Assembly: GCF_021869535.1 (NCBI RefSeq)
Contig: NW_026262637.1
Location: 8,990,001 to 9,054,000 of the forward strand
DNA: 64,000 nucleotides
Source of the DNA: Mytilus californianus
Taxonomy: Eukaryota
Direction: 5' to 3'
Shown piece by piece: positions 26,501-40,789 of the stretch. Position numbers and translations under genes: made by a program. Position 1 is the first letter of the stretch; every line of letters starts with the position of its first letter. Below the pieces are notes generated by a model that ran no database searches, was not told where the DNA came from, and saw only the letters and a program-made list of their open reading frames with translations.

Positions 26501-26830
26501 TAAAATGAATTGTATTATTAGCGAAACAATGAATAACCTTGCAGTTCTGTTGGCGATCGGAATCGGTGTCAAAACACAACAGACAATGTCCTCCAAACGT
26601 TTGCTAGATCTGCCAGCATGGGTTCTGTCTGTTTTTCTGTTCATTAAAGTGCGTTAGAACTTTCAGTTTGAAGTTCTTGTTCATTGGAACAAAGGCAACT
26701 TAAAACAGATGTTCCATAATCTTTATAGCTATTTGTTTTACTCCAAATTTCACGCACTGTGCACTGTATATTTACATCCGAGACTACTATAACACATGTG
26801 TTATAATAGTCGTGTTATAGTAGTCTTAAT

Positions 26831-27373
26831 TAGATATAAGAAGATGTGGTATGAGTGCCAATGAGACAACTCTCCATCCAAATCAAAATTTATAAAAGTA
26901 AACCATTATAGGTAAAAGTACGGTCTTCATCACGGAGCCTTGGCTCACACCGAACAGTAAGCTATAAAGGGCCCCAAAAATTACTAGTGTAAAACCATTC
27001 AAACGGGAAAAACCAACGGTCTTATCTATATAAAAAACGAGAAACGAGAAACACTTATGAACCACATCAACAAACGACAACTACTGAACATCAGATTCCT
27101 GACTTAGGACAGGTGCAAACAAATGCAGCGGGTTTAAACGTTTTAATGGTACCAAACCTTCACCCTTTTTCTGAAACAATAGTGTAACATCACAACATAG
27201 AAAGACACACTATAAAATATCAACTGAAATAGCTTTATTCAATCAAAGGACATATAAACACCACTGAACATACACTGGACAAATAAATTTGACCTATGAT
27301 ACAATGTAAATACAAAATAAATAAACTAAGGGAAGAATAATAAAAGTAACATGTTATATCGGTAAGAAATGTT
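26831..27373 (-). repeat. Inverted copy of the 14897-15442 repeat
   Basis: Reverse-complement identity with 14897-15442. Confidence 0.85.
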
Positions 27374-28724
27374 CACATTCAGAACATGAATATGCATTGA
27401 CGCTGGATTTTGGTAAACACAATACATGTAAAGATATCACTACATATCAATGAGAATATAAGTTTATGGATTATTTGTTTATGAGTTAATTTGGTTCAGC
27501 GCAATTAAATAAAATACCACTGAAAAAACTGTTCATTTAAGATTTGACAAATGGATAGGAATTGAAAACTGTGCACTTATACTATCTATTGGTTAGAAAA
27601 TATTTGGTCATGTTTTATGAATATTTAAAGCCCGAGTTTTAAATGTTCCTAATACATGAGAAAGTTTTGTCTGACCAATATAGAACATATTCACACCTTC
27701 GAGTAACATAAAAAATTTATCCTTTCCCAATTTTATTAATCAAACCTTAATATGAGTTCACTTTGAAGAGTTACAATGGCTAATAAAAGACTGAGATGTA
27801 AATCATATTCAATATAAAAATAAGATGTGGTATGATTGCCAATGAGACAACAATCCACCAAAGTTCAAAAAAGTGGATGTAAGCAATTATAGGCAACTGT
27901 ACGGCCTTCAACAAGGAGATAAATCCATACCGTATAGTCGGCTATAAAAGGCTTCGACATCAAATTAAAATATGAACCAATTCAATTCAGAAAACTAACG
28001 GCACATAAAGAATCCTCCCCTTACCAGCTGGAACAGTGGTGTAACAGTTCAACATAAGATCAAACTATAAAAATCAATTGAAAAGGGCGAATTCACTGTA
28101 CCATATGTACTTTTACCATACATATATTTAAAACACATATGTCATAATAATTGATACCGAGAGTTTTTACTTACTTATTTAATCCTCTTCCTGCATACTT
28201 GCACATGAGGCCACTACCAAAGCCCTCCACTGTTGCCTGTCTTGTGCCTTTCTTTCTGTTTCATTCCCATGATTCTCAGTTTACTCTCTATATTGTGCTT
28301 CGCCATGTTTCTATCGTTCTCCGTCTCTTTCTTTTCTCCTCTGCAGGTGTCCATCGAAGAGCTATCTTTGTTATGTCATGTTTGTCTTTTCTTAGAACAT
28401 GGCCAATCTATTTCCAAGAGTGTCCTCCGTTAATTTCAGAATTTAAGGGTCATAATACAAAAGCTACAGGGCCAAATCCAGAACTATTGAAAGGGACGGA
28501 ATTCTCGATAAAAAATATATATATAAAAAATTGGACGATTGTATACAAAAATGTATTAATTCCGTGAAAAACGTAAGGTTTTTTTATCGGCGATCAAAAG
28601 GGGGGCGTACTCCCCCTACGCCCCCTGAATCCGCCACTGATTTGTTGTCGTTGATGGTTACTACTAACATTATCAAAATGATATATATATATATACGAGT
28701 TTTCATTTTTTTTTTAGACGATAA

Positions 28725-30360
28725 ATGGCTACTTCAGTGTTGCCTTATATTTGTGACATTTGTTATGGTCGACATATAACATAACAACAAATGCCGAATA
28801 CTGGTGTTCCGAATGTGAGGAAGGGTTATGTTTGGTATGCCAAGAACACCACACTATTTCAAAATCTACAAGAAACCACGAGACAATTAATATTGACAAT
28901 TTCAAGAAATTGCCGCCATCAATTGCAAGGACAAAGAGTCACAGCGAAGAACATAAGCGTCAGTATCAAAATTATAGCCCACATCACGGAAGTTTATGTT
29001 GTCCAATTTGCATCTGTGAAGATCATAAAGAATGTACAGGTTTATTGGCAATAGAAAATGTAACAAAATCTTCAAAACATTCAGTTCTGTTGGAGAATTT
29101 AGAAAAGACATCACAAACCCTTAAAAAACACATAGACATGATTGTTGAATACAGACAAAAGAGTCTCTTTAACGTTAAAAAAACCCAGCAAGAACTGTTT
29201 AGTAGTGAGACTATAAACCTGCGTAAAACAATAAATGATCATTTGGATATGTTAGAAAGAAAACTTATCCAAGAATTGTATGCTGGCGCGGAAAAGACCT
29301 CTGGCAAAGAAAAGAACGTCCATGAACTACGGGAAAGTGTCATTGTGGTTAAACTTTATGCATCTGACATTCAAACATTAATAGGAACCAAGAAACTTGA
29401 AACAGACATATTGGAAGTAGAAAGGTATATACAATCTTTATCAAAGAATGGCGATTTGGATGAAGTCATCCTAGATTGCAGTTTTTCCAATGTAATATTA
29501 GATGTGTTGTCTGCTCCTGTGTTCGGTCAGGTGTATTTTCGGACAGAGCCTTCATCTTTCGTTCCTACAGAAGAATTAAATCAACACGCACAGATCATTA
29601 ACATACCAACGCAAGGAAAAATGATTAACGATATCACTATTACACTTATTTCAATGTTTGAAATGCAGAAGCTAGAGCCGGTATGCAATCGACGTCAACG
29701 GATGTAGTTTCTGCAAAAATGGCAAAATAGCTGTTGCAGATTGCGGAAATAGAAAAGTGACTATTTTAAATTCAGATGGAACTTTATATAAAGATGTCTC
29801 TGTTGGTTGCGAACCTAGAGATGTGACGGTCATCGATGAAAGATTTATTGCTGTCACTACCGACAAGAGTGTAGACATCTTCAATTCAAAAACGACACAT
29901 CTGCACAAGTGTATACAAACCAAAGGCGGTTGCTATAGGTTACAACATGACGAAGGCAGATTAATATGGTGTGAAAGGTCAAAAGGAAAACAGATGATGA
30001 AGATTTCGGATTCTAAAATTTCCTCTCTCGTACCACATGATCGTATGTCAACGTGGGCATGCGTACACGTAACAAAATGTGGAAGACGAATTGTTTACTC
30101 TAGATATAAGGAAAGTACAATTATCTGTCAAAGTCTTAAGGATAAAAAATACAGATGGAAGTTTCAAAATGATTAGATAATAAAATGTCCTAGATCAATA
30201 TTTGAACATTTTTGTCGCGGTAAATCATAGTGTGGTAGTATTATCACCAGACGGACAACAACATAAAGTCGTGCTCAGTCAGGATAGCGGCATCCATCAA
30301 CCACGGGGAATTGATTTAAATTCTATCACGAACATCTTGTTGGTGGTAAATAGGAATGCT
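28725..30360 (+). pseudogene. TRIM-like B-box/B-box/coiled-coil/NHL-propeller pseudogene (no RING)
   Basis: MATSVLPYICDICYGRH..YWCSECEEGLCLVCQEHH (B-box), LCCPICICEDHKEC, coiled coil, then NHL-like IAVADCGNRKV, EPRDVTVIDE, VVVLSPDGQ, QPRGI. Disabled by a 5-bp duplication near 28780, a frameshift near 29690, TAG at 30174-30176 and a repeat insertion at about 30357. Confidence 0.82.
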
Positions 30361-32567
30361 GCATTTGTTTGCACCTGTCCTAAGTCAGGAATCTGATGTT
30401 CAGTAGTTGTAGTTTGTGGATGTGGTTCATAAGTGTTTCTCGTTTCTCGTTTTTTATATAGATAAGACCGTTTGTGAGAAACTGCAAATCAGAACTTCTT
30501 GAAATTTGGTGACAATTTCATGTGGGCATGCTATACCGTGAGGTGCACTTTCACATTCATCACTCACCAACTTCCTGTTTGTCGCATACTTGTATATTTT
30601 AACACCATGACCCTGTTTAAAATTTTTGTCGCATTTTCTCAGGAACTACAAATTCATGAAATTAATTCGATATCAAGCTTCATTTATGTTAGTAGAGACA
30701 TTATAGATTCAAATGAACGTTGTTACAGGTTATGAAGTCAGGGAATTCGTTACTTCAAATTAATTAAAACGTTTACTAAATTTTTTTATAGATACAAAGA
30801 TTTGGTTTTGAAATTTGGCTGCACGTGTAGATTGAATCTTACTACAAACGGGATGGTAAATCCTATTTTCACAGTACTGTTGTTTATAAAGCCCGTACAT
30901 TTAGATACTATCCACGAACAAGAGTTACAAAAGCTTCGTCCACATGGATTGACCATGGTTTATTGTAATGTGCCAGAATTTGTTTTCTTATTTCAATTCC
31001 AAAATATTTAATCAAAGCAACAGCAAGTTAATGACAATCGCATCCATCGCCCATCAACTTCATGTTTACCGAAAAGATAAGTCAGCAGTAACTCGATTAC
31101 ATTTCAACTTGTTTGATCTTTATTTGTCTTTCCAATATTAAAATATAAAAAAGGTGAATTTTAATTCAGAAAAATACAATGTATGTACCATTTGTCTCTT
31201 TTTAAATGTAAAATCTCAAAATTTTAATAAGTACCCTTATCAAAGATAAGAGGGGAATTAAATGTCAAATGAGGCACTATATTACATATTTGTTAATAAA
31301 TCTGAGAGATGATACAGATTTCTGTACGCACGATACGCTCGAGACCAAAAGTTTGCATATGAAAGCCGCAAAAAAAGTTTAAGAGTTTTCACATGTAAAA
31401 GCCTTAATGGAACTAAATAACTTGCCATCTTCGTGCAAATGCATGGCAAAAAGTAAAATAGCAAAAATACCGACCTATGAAAATTCAAAACGGAAATCCT
31501 TTATCAAATGGCAAAATCAAAAGCTCAAACACATAAAAATGGCAGAAATCATCGTCATACATAATCAAGCCAAACATCATTTTAAAAAAGAAGGGTCAAT
31601 GTACGATCATGTACTCGTTTTAAAGCTAATGATTAAAATCAGTCGAAAAATGCATCTTTTCGCGATATTTCACAGTTTGACGTTGCGAAAAAAAACAATT
31701 TACGTTAGCGACGGCATTACCTCCCCTGTAAGTTGTAACTGTATCGGGAATAAGTAAAATAACAAAAATACCGAACTCCAAGGAAAATTTATAAAGGGAC
31801 AGTCCCTTATCAAATGGCAAAATCAAAAGCTCAAACACATCAAATGAATGGAAAACAACTGTCATATTCCTTACTTGGTACAGGCATTTTCTCGTGTAGA
31901 AATGGTGGATTAAACCTGGTTTTAGTAGCTAACTAAACCTCTCACTTGTATGACAGTCGCATGGACAGTGAGTGGCAGTTATCTTGTTTGTTGTCGCATT
32001 GCTGATCATCATCCTGAATATGCATCAAATGTTTACTACATGGCGTCAAACAATTCTAGGTAACCAGTATAGCTGTAATTTAGAAATAGTCCTCTTCCTT
32101 CTGGTGGTATGACCCATACTGTAAGTGTATCAGTGTTTGTACTTTTGGCATATTTGAGTTGTATGTATCAATAAAAAAAATAAAGTTTTTGATTAAAATT
32201 ATCTTCTGAAGGGTATTGTGGTGATAGCATGTGTATAAGGTTTTTGAAAGTTTTTTTTTCGATGTTTCAGAACAGAAATTGGCATTTTAGATGTATATTT
32301 ATGGTATATTTTGATAAGAAGTGGTATGTATTAAAGAAAGACAATTTCTCAAAAAAAATTTATCACGAATTTATTTTGTTGAGTTGAGTAAAATTTATAA
32401 ATTAATGTTCATAGTTGATATGTAAAATGACAGCCAGTTAAAATGGATCACTTAGGGGAAGCGTATTTTGAAGATACTGGGTCAGTTAATAAACATTAAT
32501 TTTTAATAACACATTATATAAATCATCCGAAGCGGTTTATGGATTAACCTTAATAAGGAACGCTCAA

Positions 32568-33205
32568 ACCTAAACACTTAAAAGCCAAGGATGTATGAAT
32601 ACGTATGAACGTTAGGAGCCATATGACATAAACACTTAAAAGCCAAGGATGTATAAATACGTATGAACGTTAGGAGCCATATGACCTAAACACTCAAAAG
32701 CCAAGGATGTATGAATACGTATGAACGTTAGGAGCCATATGACCTAAACACTTAAAAGCCAAGGATGTATGAATACGTATGAACGTTAGGAGCCATATGA
32801 CCTAAACACTTAAAAGCCAAGGATGTATGAATACGTATGAACGTTAGGAGCCATATGACCTAAACATTTAAAAGCCAAGGATGTATGAATACTTATGAAC
32901 GTTAGGAGCCATATGACCTAAACACTTAAAAGCCAAGGATGTATAAATACGTATGAACGTTAGGAGCCATATGACCTAAACACTTAAAAGCCAAGGATGT
33001 ATGAATACGTATGAACGTTAGAAGCCATATGACCTAAACACTTAAAAGTCAAGGATGTATGAATACGTATGAACGTTAGGAGCCATATGACCTAAACACT
33101 TAAAAGCCAAGGATGTATGAATACGTATGAACTTTAGGAGCCATATGACCTAAACATTTAAAAGCCAAGGATGTATGAATACGTATGAACGTTAGGAGCC
33201 ATATG
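32568..33205. repeat. Minisatellite, 11 x 58 bp
   Basis: Unit ACCTAAACACTTAAAAGCCAAGGATGTATGAATACGTATGAACGTTAGGAGCCATATG repeated head to tail with single substitutions; 638 bp = 11 x 58. Confidence 0.95.
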
Positions 33206-33990
33206 ACAAAAAAGGAACCTAAAAAGAATAGCCTTATTCATTTGAGGTCAACTTTGCATGAGAGAACAGAGGCGTATTTAGGGGGGACAAGGCGTCCAGT
33301 CCCTCCTTATTGAGCTGCATATACATGTATGGTTAATGCATAGACTTTTACATTTAACACTCGAAACTTTGCCTTGTTTGTCCCCCCCCATCCCCCCGCA
33401 AACCCACCCAACCCCCAATTTTTTAAAAATCCTGGATCCGCATCTGGGGTGATGGAGTCTAAATTTCTTCAAAAGTTCTTAATTTATCAGCAGAGAACTT
33501 AGAAAATACGTTATAAATCATGTCAGTACTCAAACATGGCTACTGAGCTGAAGGAATGTTCAAGAATTTGTCTATATCAATTTTTAAAGATTAACATTAA
33601 ACAGTATCTACAAGGACGGTTTATCCAGAAGAGTTGATTCGCCGAGTAAAAAAAAAACAGTTCATCTAGAGGAATATTGTATTCAAAAGTTTAAACTGAC
33701 TTGAATTTAGAACCTTATCTCGTTAAATTAAACTAAACTTTGAATTACGCTCCCCGAATATAATGTGTTCTATCTAGTCAGGCAGGTGGACTCATATATA
33801 CCAAGATATGAACGTTGCTATATCCACTGTCCATATCTTACTAGCGATTAAATGCAGTATCTTTTCTTTCGTAATCATCCAAGCAGGCCTCGTCTATGAA
33901 AAAAATACATCCCACTATGTTACATAGACATATATCCTCTTTTTTGCGATGTCTCTTTTTACAAAAGGATAAAATTAGATATAATTCATC

Positions 33991-34630
33991 TAACGTCACA
34001 GTACCCAAATTGCACCGAGTACCCAAATTACACCTATTCAACAAAAATAGCAGCGGAAATCTTACAAGTTTTCTTTGAGACTAAATAATTTGTATTTTTA
34101 TGATTTGACATTATACACGTCTTTCAACATAGGTAAATATATTTAAATATACACTAAACGTTCACAGTATATATCAACAGATGAATCATTCCCTGGAAAA
34201 AGTAAATCTACGGAAACGTCGCCATGCGACGTTCTCAAAATGTCATCTTTTAAAAATGAGCAAATTAAAAAAAAAGTCATGTTACAAGCATCCATTTCTT
34301 AAAAAAAAAATAGTAAGCATGGAATAATGTCAAATTGTTCAAATATTTGAAGAAATAAAACAAACATCTGTTATTTGATTTTTAAGGATGTGAATTTAAA
34401 CATGGGTGCAATTTGGGTACTCCTCATAACAGAATCATGGATCGTTTGGAGGTCGGTTCAAACCCATTTTGTCATGAATCAATATGGATTCAAAATTAAA
34501 TTGGTGTAACTATATAGTAAATAAGGATACTTCTACAAAATAAACACAGAATGGAAACTTTTGTCTGGATCATAAAAAAACGTAGGTGAAAAAACTGTCA
34601 AAATAGGTGCAATTTGGGTACCCTCACGTT
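33991..34630. mobile_element. MITE-like element with GTACCCAAATTGCACC terminal/subterminal inverted repeats
   Basis: AACGTCACAGTACCCAAATTGCACC at left, GGTGCAATTTGGGTACCCTCACGTT at right, additional motif copies at about 34020 and 34405. Confidence 0.6.
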
Positions 34631-35656
34631 ATATATTTTATTAACAGTTTTACGTAAATGGAACCTTATTTCCCATTATTTTTCTTTCTTTATAGATTAA
34701 AATTTGAATATATATTGTATGTATAAGAAGTATTGATTTGTGACTTCTGGTATAAAATTTGATTGTTTTTGTTATGTAACTTTGTCTAACATGCTGCAAG
34801 TATATTTATGTGTTCATGTTTGCATTGTCGGTCTCCTGGTGCTTGAAATGTGGCTGTGGACTAAATGAAATAAAAGTTTCAATTGTATTGTTTTTTTTTA
34901 TTAAACTCCGAGTATTTTCCTGCGTATTTAGAAAGTAGTTCAAATTAAGGGATACTTCACTGGAGCTTGGACTGTGAAGACCAACTTAAAGAAATAAATT
35001 TCATTCTGTTTGTTGTAAAATTACAATACATAAACATACTGATTGATTTTACACCACGAACAGTAAAAACAAAAGTAAAAGCAGTAAAACTGATAGAACA
35101 ATTCCAAAACATATGCATAAAGTATTTTCAACATAATGCTAAAGAGTGTTACAATGTCATGAAAAGAGCTTTAATTTCAAAATAATTCTTTGATTAAAAA
35201 CTACAAATGCAAAAGATAACAAGAATCACCAAAAATATTGGACAGTACAATAAGGTCACAACAACCAACAACGTTCGACTCCGCAGAAAAAATAGAGGTA
35301 CGAACAAAACAACATCCAGATAGTCTGAATAGGGTCGGACACAAAATGTGATGGGTAAACGAGTTTTACGTGCTCTCTGGATTGACTATTAATATATCAG
35401 CATAACATATAGACTTGTCTTTAGGACATAGTGTGGTCTTATAAGAAAAATTTCGCCCACTTGTGGAGTAGTATCTGAGAGTAGTTTATACGTAGTTAAT
35501 AATTGTGTATTTGTGTCAGACTCTGTACAATGTGCTGACAAGTCTCTGTGATATATATATACATGCGTCTGTGTAGCAGGGATATTTAGATGCACGAAAA
35601 TACTGGTTTAGTATCTCATCCCAACAAGTATAATAACTACACCAGGCGTGTGACAA

Positions 35657-37800
35657 TTAGTAATCTTTAACAGTATCAATAAATCCACTTGCTCTCGAAG
35701 ATTTTTTATATTCCAGTGCAATAATATCATCGTAACGTCTCAATATCACTCTGTTGCCATTGACGATTATAACACTTCCGGCGAGCAAATCACGCGATTT
35801 CTTACTATCTAATAAAATGACCCATCTGAAAGACATTGGAAAGTACTGAAGAGATTTCATGTGACACTCTTTGTTTGAATATAACAGACTTTTCAGTTGA
35901 TAGTATACATCTTCATGTGAGGCGTGACTTCCGCCCAGATCAAACACCAAAGCATTTGGAATAGGCTCTGGTTGTGACTTTGTTTCACTTTTAGCGTACT
36001 TTTTAATTTCTGCCATTACGTCCTCAAAGATTTCATTAGAATACCTGTAAATTCAAGAATAATATACAAGATTCATTTTTTAGTATCTGTAAAATTGTGA
36101 ATACTAAAATATTGTTTAACTGTTTTGGACTGATAAATACTGAAGATATACCTGTTTAGTCCTCTTATTTTTGGGTAAGGGGGAGGGGGAAAGTTTAAAT
36201 ATAGTCCCATGATTTGATATGTATCCGTCAAATTTGGAATAGGCTGTATTTAAACTTAAAGAAATAAACAAAATGACAAACCATTCACAAGTAACTTCTA
36301 AGCAGTGTTTGCAGAATCTTGCTATCCTATATTTGGTAACCTGTTGACTTTTCAAATAAAAATTGTACCAATTATTAATTTTCGGCATATTCATATCGTA
36401 AAATGTCAGCTGCAAATTATACAATATGAAGCCTTTTTTTGCTAGTAAGCGCACAGGGCGTGTTTAAATGAAGCACATTATCTTACATGTAGAGCAGCTG
36501 AAATTTAAAAAATACAGGGATTTTTAATTCAAAACGTATATATCATACAGGTAGTACATCGTAAACAGTCCTTTCCATCTATTTTTCAAAGTTGTTCCTG
36601 TGTTGTGCTGTTACACCACTGCTGTAGGTTAGGGTAGGGTTGAGCGCTCATATACATGATTAACCCAGATTAATTCTTTATAGGTGCCTGTCCGATACCA
36701 GGAGCCTGTAATTCAGTGAATGTCATTGGTAGCTGTCTACCATATTTGTTTTTCGTTTATTGTTTATCATTAATCAGGCCGTTGATTTTCTCGTTTGAAT
36801 TATGTTCATATTTTGTCACGCTGCGGCCTTTTATTGCTCACTATACGTTATGGGTTTTGCTCATTGGTGAAGGCGAACAGCAACCTATCGATCTAGTTAC
36901 TATATTACACCCTCGTCCTTTTCTCTCTGGTGGACGATTGTTTCATTTTACGTCTTAAACGGTGATATTGGAGTTCGTGTTGAGGTGGATACTGAAGTCT
37001 AAGGGAAGACCATTAAACATACTAGCCCTTTTCCATACCTGCCCTGTTATACCAAGATCTGGATATCTGTCAAAGGGCTTTAGTTCGAGGGCAGATATAT
37101 CAAGATTTTGGGATAATTCAAGGGAGACATGGAAAGGGAATACATTATCACTTATTTGTGTGCATCAATAAAAATGAATGATCAATAGCCGAAATAAATG
37201 TGTATTTATATTACCTGTGACATAGCTTTTTTTAAAAGCAGTTAAGTTCAGTTCAAACTAATTCAACAAATTTTGCATGGGGTGTCTTTATCTTGAATCA
37301 GATACACCAACACACAATGGCAACGGTCAGGAACGCCAACTGTGCAGCAATTGCCGTTGACGAATCGCACCTATGACGTCATTGACGGATCAAAGACATG
37401 ACGTCATAGTCAAAAGCCTTTGATCTTGGAAGCTGCATTTTTTCTCACTTGCACATACATAATTATAAAAATGAATAAATTACTTGAAAACAAGTATCAC
37501 TTACTTGACTTTTTCTTTCTTTGGTGCGCGAGGTGTGTTTGATTTGGAAGATTTATTAAATGTAGAAACGCTTGACACGGACGATTCCAATTCTGCGTTC
37601 GTAGTTAACTTCGCCGATCCTTTCGTTCTGAAGGAATTTGATTTCGTCAGTATCTTAGGCTTAACACACTTTAGCTTAGTTTCACTTTCTTTTAAAGTAG
37701 ATAATGTTGTTTTCGTCTTTGCCTTTCGTCGCCATTTACGAGCGAACTTTGTCGGTCGGATTTGTTCTTGGATAACAAGCATAGCGATTCTACGAAACAT
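35657..37800 (-). CDS. Gene B: basic Lys/Ser/Thr-rich exon (37800 or acceptor 37851 to 37505) spliced to RRM-like exon 36044-35657 (about 227 aa from ATG 37800)
   Basis: Perfect donor AA|GTAAGT at 37505/37504 (phase 2) and acceptor TTACAG|G at 36045/36044 (phase 2) join the two ORFs in frame; terminal exon homologous to 20556-20955. Confidence 0.72.
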
Positions 37801-38550
37801 TTTGAGTATGCGACTGTTTCTATTGCACAGAACGTCAGTAAGTATACAATCCTGTTTATACACAAACTATTACGTGTAAAAAAGAAATGTTATTTAAGTT
37901 ATATAGGTATTCTAAGTAGCTAGTGGAATAAATGATCACTTAAGATTCTAAACAGATAAACTGTTTTTTTAGAATAAAGTAAAATCAATTAAAAGATTTA
38001 ATTTGTATGTATGTGGGTTCATAATTTAAATATCCTGGGTTTTTTAAATATTAAACTTTTCATGTATGAAAAACACTTGAGATGTCTTTTATTGTATATA
38101 GATCAACCGAAAGATAAATCATTATGATTAAAACACGAAAATGTCATAAAATAGTCAATCGTCTCCGTCTAAAAGTTTCTTATCAACTTTTTAATTGAGT
38201 GATATGATACAACTTTTAAAACTGTAAATAAAGTTTTAAAATTTGAAAATAAGGCCAGGCATAATTATATCTGTATATCTGAGTTAAGCGTTTGTTTCTT
38301 TCTACCCTAATTTTCATTATGTCCTTACGTTTTATTGATTTGTGTGGACACGGAATAAAATCGTCATCCCATTGAAACAAATAAAAATTTATTTCAGCAA
38401 AGCAAAACCAAACTTGAGAAAGAATATCCATGCCTACTTACTTTATTTTTAAACACGTACACATGATTTTTTGGCTTAGCTTTGGTATGTACGTATTTAA
38501 GTAATAACTACTCTACCAATATGATAGCAGAATTAACAAAAAAAAGATTA

Positions 38551-38563
38551 ATTGATTGGTTGG

Positions 38564-38597
<34 letters not shown>
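38551..38597. repeat. (GATT)n microsatellite
   Basis: Visible GATT/GGTT tetranucleotide run. Confidence 0.9.
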
Positions 38598-40644
38598 TAT
38601 TGGTGTTTACCGCCACTTTCAGCACTGTTACATATTTTGTGGCGGTCAGTTTTTATTGGCGGAGGAGGCCGGATTGAACCACCGACCTTCGACAGGAAAA
38701 CTAACAAAAAAGAACATTATTATGTATACAAATTTTGTTTCCGTTTCTTATTATCAAATCAGCTTACACATTGTACTATTGGTCATGCGCTCTTTCTCAT
38801 TTTGAGAATTAACGAGTTTCTAGAGTCCCTAACATTCTAATTTAATACTTCTTTCTTTTAGTTTAACATTATGGTCTGTTACCACATCTGTATTGCAACA
38901 GGCGTCCGTTTGACTGTGCCGGAAATATACATACGAATCCACGTCCGGTCGGACGTTAAATCCGAAGCCTCGTATAGGGAGAGTGCCACGCTCTGCGAAC
39001 TGGTTGAGGTGTCAGTATGTGACTTGGTAGATGGCAATAGTTCTGTCCCTATCCAACACACCCTAAGTTTCGAGTGGAAGTCGAAATTGTCAACCCTTAA
39101 TCCCGGTCCTTCCAAATAGCAGTCTGTTTATGAAGTGTATTGTTAATTTGTTGTCGTTCTGAAAAATGTATGAAATATTTTCTACTGGACGTTAATCAAG
39201 TAACAATCAATCTTAATGAAAGGCTTTTCACAGGTCAATATGTTTCCCGTATGTAAAAATTGGTTCCGTGTACTTTGGCAGCTTGTCCCTCTGAATTATC
39301 CCGTGCACTGTAATGTTTTGAGGGGGAGTCATTTCCTCTCTCGATTTGTAGAGAATGGTGTGATCATACCTTAATGTGATTATCTAAGGTAATTATATTT
39401 GAAAACGCTTGTTATGATAAAAGCTAACTGGCCCTGATATATCTTCACTTTACCTCGTCTTTGTGGTATTTACCGCAGTTCTTGTACTGCTGTGCCCCCC
39501 CCCCCCCCCCCCTTCCTCCTCTTTTTTTAGGTGATGCTGGTAATTGACATTTCTTTAATTCTTATATACTTGTATGATCCAGTTTCGAAGTTGGAATACT
39601 TACACGGATATCAGACCTCATATTAGATAATGCGTTATTGAATTTATGTTTAGGTAAACGTTTCTTTGAATAAATAACATGAGAAAAAAAAATGGAAATG
39701 GGAAAACTTTAAAAAATTTAACTAAAAGATCAGTGTGTTATTTCTATGTGTCGAATTGCATGCACTTACTAGAATAACATACGAATGTTTTTTGAAAACT
39801 AATTTGCAACGGAAATCTATACCTTGCAATTGCAACAAGCGAATCTGTGAGCTACTGCTCACTAATGATACCCCGCCCGCTAAAAGTATAAGGTAAATAG
39901 GAAGTTGTTGAGTGATGAATCTGAAAACGCATCACACGGTAAAGCGGACTTATATAAACCCTGAAAAAAAATTTCAGAAATCCTTGTATTGTAGTTCCTG
40001 AGAAAAATGTGACGAAAAATATTCATGGGACGGATTGACAGACAGAGGTAAAACAGTATACACCCACTTTTTCAAAGCGGGGGTATAATTATCTAATGAA
40101 CATATTTTACTAGAAAATATAGATTTCGTTGATATTCGGGGAAAATATTTGAACGTTTATGCATGAGTTGTTTATAATCCAATTCAAAACGTTTCAAATA
40201 GATAATGAAATTTATTCAAAAACTTAATTGTGTCATATGTATAAAAGGGGATTTGGTAACGTCAATGAGACAGCAACCCAGGAACAAATATAACCAACAT
40301 ATATCCAGTGGACAACCGTAGAGGGTATATATACACTATGTCAAGGTATATGTTGTACATTGTATCTGTATTATGGGTTATATGAATCTTTGTTGATAGT
40401 ATTTTTATGATTTCTGAATTAAGTTTGATGTATTGTTTGACTTGTAAAATTATGTCGTACAATTACAAGTAAGGGTTTCTATATCTCTGTTACCAGGTTA
40501 TGGTTATCCTTAGATAAATTGATATTTCATTCGTTCTAAAAGTATTAAGTTTTATTCAATTGTGTTTTGAATATTTTGGCTATAGCTGCTATATATATCC
40601 CTTTTGTGTGTTCTATAAAACAGTTTATGATCAAGTTTGTCCAG

Positions 40645-40748
40645 TTGTAAGAAGTGGAGAGTGTGTCACCTGTACTAATTGTAAGAAGTGGAGAGTGTGT
40701 CACGTGGACTAATTGTAAGAAGTGGAGAGTGTGTCACGTGGACTAATT
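40645..40748. repeat. Tandem repeat, 3 x 34 bp, just 3' of gene A
   Basis: TTGTAAGAAGTGGAGAGTGTGTCACGTGGACTAA starts at 40645, 40679 and 40713. Confidence 0.9.
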
Positions 40749-40789
40749 GCACAAGACAATAAATACAATGCATATATTTGTTTTATTAC

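Noticed and set aside
24563-27080. Short ORFs at 24563, 24806, 25367, 25683, 26444 and 26883
   Set aside because: They fall in or beside multi-copy interspersed repeats and have no domain signal.
32568-33205. CRISPR array
   Set aside because: Head-to-tail identical units with no unique spacers, eukaryotic context, no cas genes.
39495-39513. Poly-C tract (also poly-G at about 53881-53893)
   Set aside because: Simple homopolymers with no supporting context.
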